From Amoebidium appalachense (lineage: Eukaryota > Protista > Ichthyosporea), in NCBI GenBank assembly GCA_963693365.1, contig CAVNZM010000003.1, positions 14,168,914 to 14,232,913 of the forward strand: a stretch of 64,000 nucleotides of DNA. The letters run 5' to 3'. Each line of letters opens with the position of its first letter. The stretch's first letter is position 1. This document shows positions 1-12,660 of the stretch, in pieces. The notes beneath the pieces were generated by a model. The model worked only from the letters and a program-made list of their open reading frames with translations, did no database searches and had not been told where the DNA came from. The position numbers and the translations under genes were made by a program.

Positions 1-16
1 GTCTAACCCAATTCCT

Positions 17-19
<3 letters not shown>

Positions 20-111
<92 letters not shown>

Positions 112-113
112 AT

Positions 114-184
<71 letters not shown>
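20..184. repeat. Poly(T) tracts (possible poly(A) tail on the minus strand, or simple repeat)
   Basis: Two long T runs separated by ACCATAA. They are the source of the spurious poly-K ORFs. Confidence 0.8.
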
Positions 185-185
<1 letters not shown>

Positions 186-228
186 CCCCCATCTGCCTCT
201 CCTTCTCTCCACTTTTCTATCACAACCC

Positions 229-520
229 AGTTTATGGGGGGGATGGTGAATGTGCCCCTGGAGTACGAGGGGCACATGAAAAAACCACAACGTTGTAGCT
301 CGTATAGAACCCCCCTTGTAGCATAGTATATGTACATGTGTTACCTAGACATTATTGGTTTTTTCAATAACTACCCACAGAACAGCTTCTAGCACGAGAA
401 ATTTACCACAAAGTTTATGGGGGGGATGGTGAATGTGCCTCTGGAGTACGAGGGTCACACGAAAAAAACACATCATTATAGCCCGGATTGAAAACCCCCC
501 TTGTACCATATATATCATAT
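229..520 (+). repeat. Imperfect direct repeat, 2 copies of ~100 bp
   Basis: AGTTTATGGGGGG..ATGGTGAATGTGCC.CTGGAGTACGAGGG.CACA.GAAAAAA occurs at ~229 and ~412. Confidence 0.75.
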
Positions 521-1629
521 ATCATGCGGCATGTGTTAGTTTCGCGTTATTGGTTTCCTAGCACGAGATATTCAGCACACAGTTGGGGTTGTGGGGGCAG
601 TGTACACCTACAATATCAGGGGTACCGCGCGGCAAAAACACCCCCCCCCCCCCCCCCCCGGGGGGGGAGGGGGTCACGCGTGCGATGGTGCACTTATTAT
701 TACGTTAACTAGGCAGGGTATAGCATCAACGTTATTATATGTGCTGCTGAGTTTCTTTGGTTGTACACCCGTCACCAGTCAATTTATTGGTGTTGGCGCC
801 CACCTGTGACACCACCTCGGAAGACTGGGGTCACATGTGTGGTGCACACGGTGGGTAAATATCATCAAACTGTAGCTGCAAAAGAATGTGCAATTATGCA
901 TCACTGTCTGGTATTTGCCTATCCCCCCCCCCCCCCCCCCCCCCCGCCCCCCGCCCCCCCCCCCCCCCCCCCCCCACCGGGCCCTCCCCCCCCCTCCCCC
1001 CCCCCCCCCCCCCCCACCCCAGGCCGCCTCTCCACACCACACACACACGCACCACACACACACACACTGCTGCAGAGCTACATGGATGCCTTCACCATCA
1101 CGCGTGACGATATTTAATTAGTATTGGTGATATTGTACCAATACGTAACGTATATTGGTAATAGATAGTACATAGAATATATATATCACTCGAATATAAA
1201 TAATACGAGAGCCATATGGGGACCCCTTCCTGAATCGCACGCACGCGTGTATACGTCGCGTTGAAGATGTACTCCATCAACCAACTATTAACATAACAAC
1301 GAGTACACAGGCCTGCCCGGGTGTACATACACGTCTGGGTGTTCACATCTTCCCCCACACATGACCTTTCTACGTAAAGCGGGGATAGGCCTCGAGTAAA
1401 CAGCGTTAACGTTATAACTTAAGCTCCGTCGGAACGTATGGCAGCGGTGTCCGAAATATGTCCACCATATCGCCAACCTCACCGATCCGCCGAGAATCGA
1501 TCCAATCACATTATGTACACCATGGGAATCCGCTTCTGATAGCAAATAGTGATTGGCTAAACCCAATCCGGTTTGCAATTTTTTGTCCGTTTAAGCCTGT
1601 ACGCACGTTGTTTGCTCCATTTCTCTTCC

Positions 1630-1760
1630 CCCTTCCCGCAGGTCCGCAGGTGCTTTCCCGCAGGTCGCCTGGTCGCCTGGTCGCAGGTCCCTTCCCGCAG
1701 GTCGCCTGGTCGCAGTTCCCTTCCCGCAGGTCGCCTGGTCACAGGTCCCATCCGCAGGTC
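1630..1760 (+). repeat. Short tandem repeat of CCCTTCCCGCAGGTCGCCTGGTCGC-like units
   Basis: Four to five degenerate units read directly. Confidence 0.75.
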
Positions 1761-2307
1761 GCGCAGCCACCGTGCTGAATGGTTTCGACCATGCTGCATG
1801 CTGCAGCTTCTTCGCCTAACAGCTGAATGGCCGTTTGAAGGTTAGTTTTGTGTTGCCTGCTTTTGTGCATGTGGCGTTTGTCTGTCTGGTCTGTGTCCGT
1901 GCCTGTGAATATGTCTGTGTCTGTGTCTGTGTCTGTGTGCGTGTGTGTGTATGTGTGTGCGTGCGTGTGCGTGTGCCTGCTGGCTGCAGATGCACGTTGC
2001 CTTTTCACGTTCATGAACCAGCGACTGTGGGCACTACTTTTGCTGTTAGCACTATAGCTATCATCCCCTCCACCAGTCGTTCAAGCTATTTTCTGCTTCT
2101 CTAGACTTCATAAGTTCTGGTCCGGGTTTCCGTCCTTACTATGTTTGAGGTTGGTTCTGTCGACTCTTTTTTTGCCCTCCGCAGGTCGCGCAGCCACCGT
2201 GCTGAATGGTTTCGACCATGCTGCATGCTGCAGCTTCTTCGCCTAACGGCTGAAAGGCCGTTTGAAGGTTAGTTTTGTGTTGCCTGCTTTTGTGCATGTG
2301 GCGTTTG

Positions 2308-3231
2308 TGTTGTAATACGTAGTATTTACATATGGTAAGATCTTCTCAGTTTGTGTTATGTTTCAGTTCATATGCTTAGTGTAAATGCCACACTCCTATT
2401 ATGTAAAGTGTAGCATCGATCTCCGATATGCTTGTATACTTGTAATCGTGTTGTATCGGCTTTAATCGTGTGTTGTAATATCGATTAGAATATTTATATG
2501 TGTGTACACGGATCCACCCACTCAGGGAGAGACGTGTACATGTTCGTGTGTACATAAATATCTCTGGTTATAGTTTTGCTATTACTATCTTGTTTGTTGA
2601 TCTGTGCTCTCTTTTCCTTCCTCTTTCTCCTTCCTTATTTTCTTTTCTTTCTCTCTTTGTCTTCATGTGTATAATCGTATTTCTTTTCTACTAATATATG
2701 TTAGGTAGATTTGTGTTACTTAATACGTGTTCATTGGACGGTAACACACTTAGGCTACACTTAGAATAGCATGTGTGTTTAGACTTCATTAATTCACTTT
2801 AGTTTTCATGTGTTGCCGGGCTTTAACCAATCATCAAGGTTAAGTGTGATATGTCTGAGTCTTTGCAGTATGTCATAGGTTAGAACTTCCTTGATGATGA
2901 CACGAGTTGACCTTAACTAGTGTCTGTGTCCTATCGTGTGCGTCTCCGCGTACCGGATCTCTCTGAAAGCAATTGGTTCTTAGTGATTGGTTTCTATTAG
3001 AGATAGATCTGATTTCCGACTGGTCGGAAATCATGTATGGATTGGACTTAGAGGAATTTCAGGTATTTATTCGAAGATCAGAATAAATTCAGTTCAGTCG
3101 TGTCTAAACATTGATGTCTGTTGTGTACACTGCTCCGATCGTTCCGTGTTTTGTTGTTGTGTGTGTCTGTGGTGTTTTCACACTGCACCACTGTGTCTCT
3201 GCTTACATCCCAAATACTTATACAATTTACA
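2308..3231 (+). repeat. copia 5' LTR
   Basis: Starts TGTTGTAATACG and ends TACAATTTACA. Matches 8118-9058 apart from a few substitutions and small indels. Confidence 0.95.
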
Positions 3232-3244
3232 GGTTATGCAGCCC
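3232..3244 (+). promoter_or_regulatory. Primer binding site, tRNA-iMet half-molecule type
   Basis: GGTTATGCAGCCC directly after the LTR. Resembles the GGTTATG(A/G)GCCC PBS complementary to the iMet anticodon arm used by Drosophila copia and yeast Ty5. Confidence 0.7.
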
Positions 3245-3293
3245 TTTTGCACGCTCCCTACACACATCTAGAACTAGCGATCGTTTTTCAATC

Positions 3294-6200
3294 ATGGATC
3301 CAAACAAAACTGGTGTAAACAAAATAACCATGTGGAAAGGTGAAGGGAAGACTGGTCCCGATAGCAAAACCACCTATTTTCAATGGGAAATCATTTTTCT
3401 CGGCATGATGACCGGCACTAAAGGTGTCCGACTCGTGGATGTTGTACTTGCTGACAACTACGTCCCCCCTACCACCGTCGCGGTTGACGGTGAACCCCCC
3501 TTCTACGGCTACGGCACTACCGCGGAACTCAAGGAGGCCCGCAATTGCCTCCTGCTCCATATGATACAGAACATCGACCCTTCCGTCCTCACCACCGTTG
3601 CCCAGTACCGTATTGGCATGGACCCTGAACGGGCCATGTGGAAATTCCGTCAACACTACCTCCAAGGCAAACCCGATCAGATCCGCATCCTTCACCGTCA
3701 GTGGGATGCCTGTGCCCTTCAGCCCGGTGAATCATTCACCACCTACCTGAGTCGTCTGCAGACCATCGTGAACCAGCTCCAGTCCCTCCAAGATGAGTCC
3801 ATTCACTTCACTCGTCTAGCTGAGAAGTTCTTCAATGAACTCACCACCAGAGACGACCTCACCCCTGAGTTCAACCGTCTTATCGAAGACTATCACTTCG
3901 GTGATAAGCTATTCCCCGACTTCGATTCCCTCCACAACCACGTCAAGGGCATCGAGTTACGTCAAGACCTCAAGATGCAACTCCGGAGCAACCGTGCCCA
4001 CCGTGCCTCCAAGTCCAGCATGGCATTAAATGCCAGTGCTCCCCCACGTGATCTTCCTCGCCGTGACTTACGCCACCGACTTGACCGTACCCCTGGCACG
4101 GACCTCCGAACTCGTCTCTCCCGTCAGCACACCCGATCCCGTTCCCCCCACCGGCCTGCCTTCCGGTCCACGTCTCGTTCCCCCAGTCGTTCCCGTTTCT
4201 CGGGTTCCCGTCGTTCTGATTCCCCGGCTCGTTCTAACAACCCGTCCGTGAAAGCATGCTCCTACTGCCACGAGCCTGATCACACGATCATCGATTGCCC
4301 CGAGCCGAAATGCCGTATGTCCAGACACAACCGTTCCCGTCAAGGCAGTGAGAAATCTGTCTCCTTTGCTTTCTCGGCATACAATGCTAGCTCCGTCCCC
4401 GTGTCCTCCGACCCTGCCTGGGATTCCGGGTGCAACATGACCGTCTGCCCCACCCGTGAGTTCTTCCATGACCTCACTCCCCTTCCGACACCGACTCCCG
4501 TTGCTGCCTTCAATGGCACCCCCGTCTTGGCCACCCACACCGGCCATATCGTCATCAACACCATCACCGACCATGGCACTGCCACCCTTACCATTGAAGC
4601 CTACTACACCCCATCTGGCCAAGCCTTCCTCATTCCAACATCCCAAGCTGCTGCCGAATACATCAAGGGTGATTTGAATGATGCCTCCACTCCGTCATTC
4701 CTCTTCGACCGACTCACCGGCCGTCATCTCGTCAACCTCCGTCTCCACAACGGTCTGTATTACTTCAAGGACTACACCATTCAACCACCCACTCGTCCTG
4801 TGGCTCTGGCTGCCACTACCAGTGTTAACCCATCCATCTGGCACCATCGTCTGGGGCACCGTGCTATGCCCAGCATCAAGGACATGGTGAAACACGACCT
4901 TGTTATTGGTCTCCCCTCGTCTGTCCTCGACTGTGATGTTCCTGATTGTCATGGCTGCATTATGGGTAAAACCACCAAGGCTCCGTTCAAGGGTGACCGT
5001 CCTCATTCCAACATCCCCGGTCATGAATGGCATTGGGATTTTTTTTGAGCCTACCACAACATCGTACGGAGGTTCCAAGGTTGCTCTCGTCACTGTCTGC
5101 CGTGCCTCTGGACTCGTCAAGATCTACCCGATGGCCGACCGTACAACCACCCTGGACATTCTCACAGCTCACACCAACCTCGTTGCTACCCATGCCCCCT
5201 CCAAAGTTGGTGTCTACCACTTCGACTCCGGCTCTGAGTTCACCTCCAAGGCTACCCGTGCTTTTTGCCTCTCCCAGGGCATCAAGGCCAGCTATGCTCC
5301 GGTGGACTGCCCTCAACTGAACGGCTACGTTGAACGTCGTATGCGGTTCCTACAAGAGATTGTTCGTTGCCTCCTCCATCAAGTCCAAGATCAGTCTCTG
5401 TCCCCCAAACTGTGGGCTGAGGCCCTCCAACATGCCGCCTACATCATCAACGTCACCCCGTCCACGACTGCCAATGGTCGTACACCATTCGAGGTTTTCT
5501 ACGGTGTCAAGCCCGACATCTCCGAGCTCAAAGTGTTCGGTTGCCCTGCCTACACTCATGTGCCAGCCTCTAAACGGAACAAGCTGGCCCCCACCGTCAA
5601 ACTCGGCATGTATATCGGCTATTATCTTCAATCACACTGCCACCGGATCTTCAACCCCAACACCCATCGTGTCGGCCTCTTCCGTGATGTGATTTTCGAC
5701 GAATCAGCTTATCTCCCGTCCGACATTCCCTCAACACTTCCGACCCCCGACACTACTGCTACCTCGACCACCCCAACCCCCACAGTTGACACTGAAGATG
5801 ATGTTTGTCTGGTGTACTCTGGCCCCCCTCCTGCCATCGTCGTTCCCCCCGACACCCCCCCCCCCACCGGCCCCCCTGCCCCCGTGCCCGTCCAGCCTGC
5901 CGACCCTCCTCCTGCCCCTGGCAACGTCACACCCATCCGACCCGGCTCCCCCGACAACTTCCACTCGGCCCCGTCCAGCCCGGAGGTTGCCCCCCCTGCA
6001 ATTCCGAACTTCCAAGTTCCCCCCCCCCCCCGTCTCCACCTCCCCCGGTTCCTGCACCCCGTCGTTCTGCCCGTCTACAGGGCAAGGTTGGACTTCAAGC
6101 CACCACCACCCTGCCAGTCCCCCCCGGTCCCCCCATCAACATCGACCAACTACCCAAACTTGTCCGTCAACTGTGTTCCGGACCCAATGGTGACCAGGTC

Positions 6201-7706
6201 AAGTCAGCCCTCACTGCTGAGTATCAAGCCTTCGTCGACAAAGACATCTTTGAACTTGTTGACCCTCCCCCTGGTGCTAACATCGTCGGCTTCAAGTGGA
6301 TTGTCTCCGAGAAAACTCTCAACTCGGCTGGTGACACCAAGATCAAGGCCCGTGGTGTTGCTCAAGGCTTCAGTCAGCAATACGGTGTTGACTATGAGTT
6401 GATTGAGAGCCCTGTCATCCGTCCGGCTGCTCTCCGTGCTATCCTAGCTCTGGCCGTTGTTGAAGGTCATGACATCCATCAACTCGACGTGTCTACGGCC
6501 TTTCTCAACAGCCCACTCACCGAGACCATCTACATGAAACAACCCCCGGGATTCATCACCATGGCCACACTTGGCAAGGTCTGGAGACTCAAGAAAGCCC
6601 TGTACGGCCTCAAGCAAGCCTCCAAGGCTTGGTACGACTTCCTCGACGGCATTCTTCTTGCCCATGGCCTGACCCGTACTAAGACAGACCCGTGCATCTA
6701 CCTCCGGTTCTTCCCCAACAACGATGTGGTTCGGGCTGGTAACTACGTCGACGACTCCACCATCACCAACACCCGGGGTTCTACTGCTGCCAGTGACCTG
6801 GCTGCCCACATCAGCAAGATGGCCAGCTGTCGTATGAGTCCATTTGACCGTATGCTCGGTGTTGATTTTAATCACTCTGATCCCCATCACCTCCACATGC
6901 ACCAGAGGTCTTACATCATGGATATCATCCACGACTTCAACCTCACCGATGCCAAGTCCAAGTCTACCCCCATCCCTGCAGGCACCACCGTCTCCCTGGC
7001 TGACTGCCCCCCCCAACCGTTCACCGTGCCCTACCGTGAGTTACTCGGCCGTCTCCTCTGGGTGGCCCGGTGCACACGTCCCGACATTGCCTATGCCATC
7101 GGCTTCCTTGGTCGGTTCAGCACCAACCCCGGCAAGACTCACTGGGACCTTCTCCGTCGTGTGGCCCGGTACCTGCTCGGCACCATTGACCTTGGCATTG
7201 ACTACAAGTACTCGGCCACCCAGCCCCCCATACTCGAATGCTACACGGATGCTGACTTTGCTGGTTGTGCCGACAGCAAGAAGTCTACCACCGGCTACAT
7301 CATCGAGTTTGCTGGTATGCCCATCATCTGGTACTCCAAGCTCCAGCCCATCACGGCCACCAGCACCACTGAAGCTGAGCTGATTGCTCTCAATGCTGGC
7401 ACCCAAGAGGTTGCTTGGGTCCGTGACCTCTTCAAGGAACTCGGTTGCCCCATGCTTGCTCCGACTCCGGTGTACTGTGACAACCAGTCGACCATTGCCA
7501 TCGTCAACTCCACCGGCATCAAGCACCGTACCAAACACATTGCCGTCCGGTATCACAACACCAAGGACTACATTGCAAGTGGGGATGTGGTTGTCCACTA
7601 CGTTGAGTCAGCCCACAACTTAGCTGACATCCTCACCAAACCCCTCCCCGGCCCGAGTCATGTCACCCATCGTGCTAGACTTTGTTTGCCGGATATTGTG
7701 GATTGA
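3294..7706 (+). CDS. copia gag-pol polyprotein, split into three ORFs by frameshifts at homopolymers (T run ~5039-5046, C run ~6019-6031)
   Basis: Gag knuckle CSYCHEPDHTIIDC; protease WDSGC; integrase WHHRLGH..CHGC, FDSGSEF, NGYVER; RT LKKALYGLKQA and YVDD; RNase H YTDADFAG..TEAE..CDNQ..NLADILTK. Confidence 0.93.
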
Positions 7707-8117
7707 CCCGTCCTACTTCAAGAGTCATTTTCTAATGTTTACTACTTACTTTATCATAATCATTATTTCATATGTATATTGCCTTTGTGGGTATGCCCAC
7801 TTAGGGTTTTATATAAGGTTTGACCTGTACCATGACTCTACTCTATCTTTCACTGGTTTAACACCCAGTTAATCAAACCCCGACTATACACGTTATACAT
7901 ATTCGTTGTTTTTGCCCTGGTTCCTTCCCCCCCCCCTCCCCCCCCCCCTTCCCCCCCCCTTCCCCCCCCCCTCCCCCCCCCCTTCTCCCCCCCCCCCCCC
8001 CCCCCGGGAAAAGTACACACTTAATTTTTTTTTTTTTCCGTTTCTGTTCTCAAGTGGGGAGATTTCACTAGTTCAGTGGGGATATGATAACACAAACTTC
8101 AAAGTCTTAAGTGGGGA

Positions 8118-9058
8118 TGTTGTAATACGTAGTATTTACATATGGTAAGATCTTCTCAGTTTGTGTTATGTTTCAGTTCATATGCTTAGTGTAAATGCCA
8201 CACTCCTATTGTGTAAAGTGTAGCATCGATCTCCGACATGCTTGTATACTTGTAATCGTGTTGTATCGGCTTTAATCGTGTGTTGTAATATCGATTAGAA
8301 TATTTATATGTGTGTACACGGATCCACCCACTCAGGGAGAGACGTGTACATGTTCGTGTGTACATAAATATCTCTGGTTATAGTTATGCTATTACTATCT
8401 TGTTTGTTGATCTGTGCTCTCTTTTCCTTCCTCTTTCTCCTTCCTTATTTTCTTTTCTTTCTCTCCTTGTCTTGTTTTGTCTTCATGTGCGTATAATCGT
8501 ATTTCTTTTCTACTAATATATGTTAGGTAGATTTGTGTTACTTAATACGTGTTCATTGGACGGTAACACACTTAGGCTACACTTAGAATAGCATGTGTGT
8601 TTAGACTTCATTAATTCACTTTAGTTTTCATGTGTTGCCGGGCTTTAACCAATCATCAAGGTTAAGTGTGATATGTCTGAGTCTTTGCAGTATGTCATAG
8701 GTTAAAAACTTCCTTGATGATGACACGAGTTGACCTTAACTAGTGTCTGTGTCCTATCGTGTGCGTCTCCGCGTAGTACCGGATCTCTCTGAAAGCAATT
8801 GGTTCTTAGTGATTGGTTTCTATTAGAGATAGATCTGATTTCCGACTGGTCGGAAATCATGTATGGATTGGACTTAGAGGAATTTCAGGTATTTATTCGA
8901 AGATCAGAATAAATTCAGTTCAGTCGTGTCTAAACATTGATGTCTGTTGTGTACACTGCTCCGATCGTTCCGTGTTTTGTTGTTGTGTGTGTCTGTGGTG
9001 TTTTCACACTGCACCACTGTGTCTCTGCTTCCATCCCAAATACTTATACAATTTAACA
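8118..9058 (+). repeat. copia 3' LTR
   Basis: Preceded by the PPT AAGTGGGGA (8109-8117); ends ATTTAACA. Confidence 0.95.
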
Positions 9059-9343
9059 TGGGGGGGTTTGTCTGTCTGGTCTGTGTCCGTGCCTGTGAAT
9101 ATGTCTGTGTCTGTGTCTGTGTCTGTGTGCGTGTGTGTGTATGTGTGTGCGTGCGTGTGCGTGTGCCTGCTGGCTGCAGATGCACGTTGCCTTTTCACGT
9201 TCATGAACCAGCGACTGTGGGCACTACTTTTGCTGTTAGCACTATAGCTATCATCCCCTCCCCCAGTCGTTCAAGCTATTTTCTGCTTCTCTAGACTTCA
9301 TAAGTTCTGGTCCGGGTTTCCGTCCTTACTAAGTTTGAGGTTG

Positions 9344-9870
9344 GGTTTTATTTGTGGAAATTATTGACATAAATATTTTTTTGGGTAAACACGTAGGATG
9401 GGTGTCGATACCAACATAACCATGTAGGCTTATTTCGTGTTTTAGCAGGGGGGCTCCCGCACACGGGCACCTATTAGCCAGTCAAAACATCAGATACCAC
9501 AGATCACTAGACCGAGTTATGATTGGCTCGGATCGTTTCATATCACTAGTCGATTTTTGATTGGTTCAGATCGGTAGGTAGGTTTTTTAGCAAGCTACAA
9601 ACACATCTTCTGTGTTTAGCATCCACAGCCTTCACTTATATTTTTTTCCCACCCACCTACACCCACACACAACCCCCATTGATCCACACATACGTGCTGT
9701 TTTTTCACGGGGCGAAGCCTCCCCTTCCCCGTTTTTTGGGCACATGGACCTCACGGATCAATAAATTGATGACTGGGGGCTTGCCGTGGTTTACAACCAT
9801 TGCAGGTTCACTTTCGTCCAGGGGATGTCCCCCTAGAGGCAACACACGTCCCGGAGTAGTTTTTCATAGA
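9344..9870 (+). mobile_element. Solo terminal remnant (A repeat + spacer + B repeat) of the Ngaro/DIRS family
   Basis: Starts GGTTTTATTTGTGGAAATT and ends GTAGTTTTTCATAGA, like 55689-56256. The flanks rejoin to the intact repeat unit GAGGTTG|GTTCTGTCGAC seen at ~2147. Confidence 0.9.
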
Positions 9871-10061
9871 GTTCTGTCGACTCTTTTTTTTGCCCTCCGC
9901 AGGTCGCGCAGCCACCGTGCTGAATGGTTTCGACCATGCTGCATGCTGCAGCTTCTTCGCCTAACGGCTCAAAGGCCGTTTGAAGGTTAGTTTTGTGTTG
10001 CCTGCTTTTGTGCATGTGGCGTTTGTCTGTCTGGTCTGTGTCTGTGTCTGTGTGCGTGTGT

Positions 10062-10097
<36 letters not shown>

Positions 10098-10518
10098 GCC
10101 TGCTGGCTGCAGATGCACGTTGCCTTTTCACGTTCATGAACCAGCGACTGTGGGCACTACTTTTGCTGTTAGCACTATAGCTATCATCCCCTCCACCAGT
10201 CGTTCAAGCTATTTTCTGCTTCTCTAGACTTCATAAGTTCTGGTCCGGGTTTCCGTCCTTACTATGTTTGAGGTTCGTTCTGTCGACTCTTTTTTTGCCA
10301 CTCTAGAGGTGGGTACCGGCTCTTTGTCCTATGGCTGCTGTTGTTTCCGTTTTTCGTTTCTGTGTTGCCCCAGCCCAGCCTGTTGTGCTTGTGTGGTAGT
10401 TTTCTTTTTCTTTTTTCTTCTTTTTTCTTCTTTTTTTGTCATGATTCTTTTTGGTATTTTTTGTTTGCATAAGAGTAATGTTGATACGAGATGCGAGATA
10501 AAGTAGATAGTAGAGAAT

Positions 10519-10626
10519 GGATGCCACCTGGGGTGGTATGTTAGTTGTGTTGTTAACTTGTGTGCTGTAGGATGCCACCTGGGGTGGTATATTAGTTGTG
10601 TTGTTTACTTGTGTGCTTGATGCCAC
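10519..10626 (+). repeat. 51-bp tandem repeat, about 2 copies
   Basis: GGATGCCACCTGGGGTGGTAT.TTAGTTGTGTTGTT.ACTTGTGTGCT occurs twice. Confidence 0.8.
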
Positions 10627-10679
10627 TATCAAACCGAAGTTAATAAAGTGACCATACGGAACACGTATGGATGTCGACA

Positions 10680-11651
10680 TGTGCAATACATTGGCAATTC
10701 ATTGACAATGATCATGGGGCTGTGCTTACCGTACCGTGTGCATATTGCCAATATATTGAGCATGTGATTGAGGTATTAATAAAGTTATTATTAATACATT
10801 GGCAATGTTCGTCATACGTATTATTCTTAGATATAAGACGTTACTCCGATATGCCTTTCATATTATAAGCGCACTTATACTGTACTTTGCATGCATTCGT
10901 TCCCATTATCAATTTATTGGCAATGTATTTGGATAATATAGTGTGATATTTATAATATATATGTAATGCATTATCAACACTTATATCTTTATGGTGGTGG
11001 TATCATTCGTATGTTGGCAATATATGCTTGATATGGAACATACTTACATATTTCTTATTTGTAATGTGTTGGGAGTGTATTAATCATACCTCTGTTTATG
11101 TCATCAATATACTCACGATATATAAGCAACCTATCGGCGATACCGCATTTATATATTGATTATAGTTGGATCATATGTTGGCAATACATTGTTTATATGT
11201 TTCTTGATATTTAAATCTTAGTATTTCTATGAATTACATATTGGCAATACATTAATAATGCGTTCATAGTGCAACTACTAGTAGTACAATGCGAAAATAC
11301 AGTATTATCCATATCATATGCATTATCTGTATTTTTGATATTATTTGGTTGTTATTGTAATATCGCCCGGGTATAATTGATATTGGCAATACGTCTATAA
11401 TGCTAGCGCAATAGTAATGCATTGGCAATGTAATGGCACTCTAATGTATTGGCGATATTGATGTAACATATACTAGATAATATATTCATATCATCGGGAT
11501 ATCGACAATAGAGGGTATTGGTACTGTATTACCATTGACAATACCAAAGCAATATTATTGCAATATGGCGTTCCTATTGGCGGCAAGGGGTTCTATTGCC
11601 AATATCGCCAATAGCGCCAATAGCAAAAAATACGTTGGCAATACTTCCGGG
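10680..11651. repeat. AT-rich array of dispersed TTGGCAAT/ATTGCCAA motifs; possible DNA-transposon subterminal region
   Basis: About ten copies of the motif, becoming denser toward an abrupt end at ...GTTGGCAATACTTCCGGG. Confidence 0.5.
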
Positions 11652-12177
11652 AAGTTTGCTGATGTTCATGATATAAGATACGTGCACGTAGTGCCGTGTG
11701 AGCTTGTTCTGCCTCAACACCCTCCTTGCCTGGTCTGCACTCTCTCTGTGTTGCACGCCCCTGAATGCTGCCACCACCCCCTCCTGCATCTCTGCGGAAT
11801 CCTACCCCCCGAATCTGCAGATAATCGTAGCGGTTTTGGGCTCATTTAGCCCCGATAATCTGCAGATTCTGGCCCGAAAGCCGATCCGCGATTACCCCAT
11901 GGTTAGTAGGCAAAATTCGTGATTGGCTGGTTTCGATTTTTATCGGGGATTATCTTGCAGTTGCCGCCGCGGTGGCTCGCGATGATCTCAGGTTATCGGA
12001 AGATATAGAAAAAAGCGGCAGGCAGCCTATCGGCAGATTTTCGCAGCTCAAAAGACCTCACATTCCTTGAGATGAGTCATTGGAATTTGACTCTCTATGA
12101 CGTAGCACATACCACGGGCACGATCGCATTAGGCAAGCGCACGTGCGCACTGCAGTTGGCCCGGCCTGCTGGCCGTG

Positions 12178-12216
<39 letters not shown>

Positions 12217-12329
12217 AGGGCGGCCTTCGGAACCACGTGAACGGTAAATACGTTTATTGTAGGTTTGTACGCTTGGTTGTGGGGTTCATGTATTGGGAGG
12301 TTGCTAAATGAACTTCAGTTTATTCAGAT

Positions 12330-12406
12330 GAGGTCGCATGGAAACCAGGGAGGGTGGGTAGAAACCAGCTGGTTTCCCCCCATCCTCCCGGTTTCCATGC
12401 GACCTC
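12330..12406. repeat. 77-bp near-perfect palindrome/hairpin
   Basis: GAGGTCGCATGGAAACC...GGTTTCCATGCGACCTC with central GAAACCAG|CTGGTTTC. Confidence 0.9.
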
Positions 12407-12660
12407 GACAAATTTTCTAAAAACCCATCGCACTACAATTGGCGATGTGTCCAAACAGACAAACTGACTGTGTTTGCGCTTTATATACCCGCTCGACTGC
12501 GTTGAGATTGTCCAATCACAATCGAGAACATGTTAAAAACTGATCCGCAAATCACCACGGCGTGTTTCGGAAGGTAGCATATAAAGGGGCAAAATGGCAT
12601 TCAGTCTGCATCATAAGAACTACGAGCACTCAAATTCCTTTCTCACACCACAACACCACA

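Larger units (their letters stand above)
2308..9058 (+). mobile_element. Full-length Ty1/copia LTR retrotransposon
   Basis: Two near-identical LTRs (2308-3231, 8118-9058; TGTTG...AACA). PBS at 3232, PPT AAGTGGGGA before the 3' LTR, and domain order gag-PR-IN-RT-RH. GTTTG precedes the 5' LTR and recurs 7 nt after the 3' LTR (probable TSD with an unexplained TGGGGGG spacer). Confidence 0.97.
1752..10298 (+). repeat. ~430-bp tandem repeat, three units; the middle unit is interrupted by the copia element and the Ngaro solo remnant
   Basis: Unit starting CCGCAGGTCGCGCAGCCACCGTGCTGAATGG at ~1752, ~2179 and ~9897. Unit 2 stops at 2307, resumes at ~9066, stops at 9343 and resumes at 9871. Confidence 0.85.

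Noticed and set aside
5035-5050. Programmed frameshift in copia pol
   Set aside because: It lies inside the integrase at a T run. The other frameshifts in the window are also at homopolymers, so sequencing error or decay is more likely.
4068-7598. Antisense ORFs over copia (and similarly over Ngaro)
   Set aside because: Shadow ORFs caused by the strong C-ending codon bias of the sense genes.
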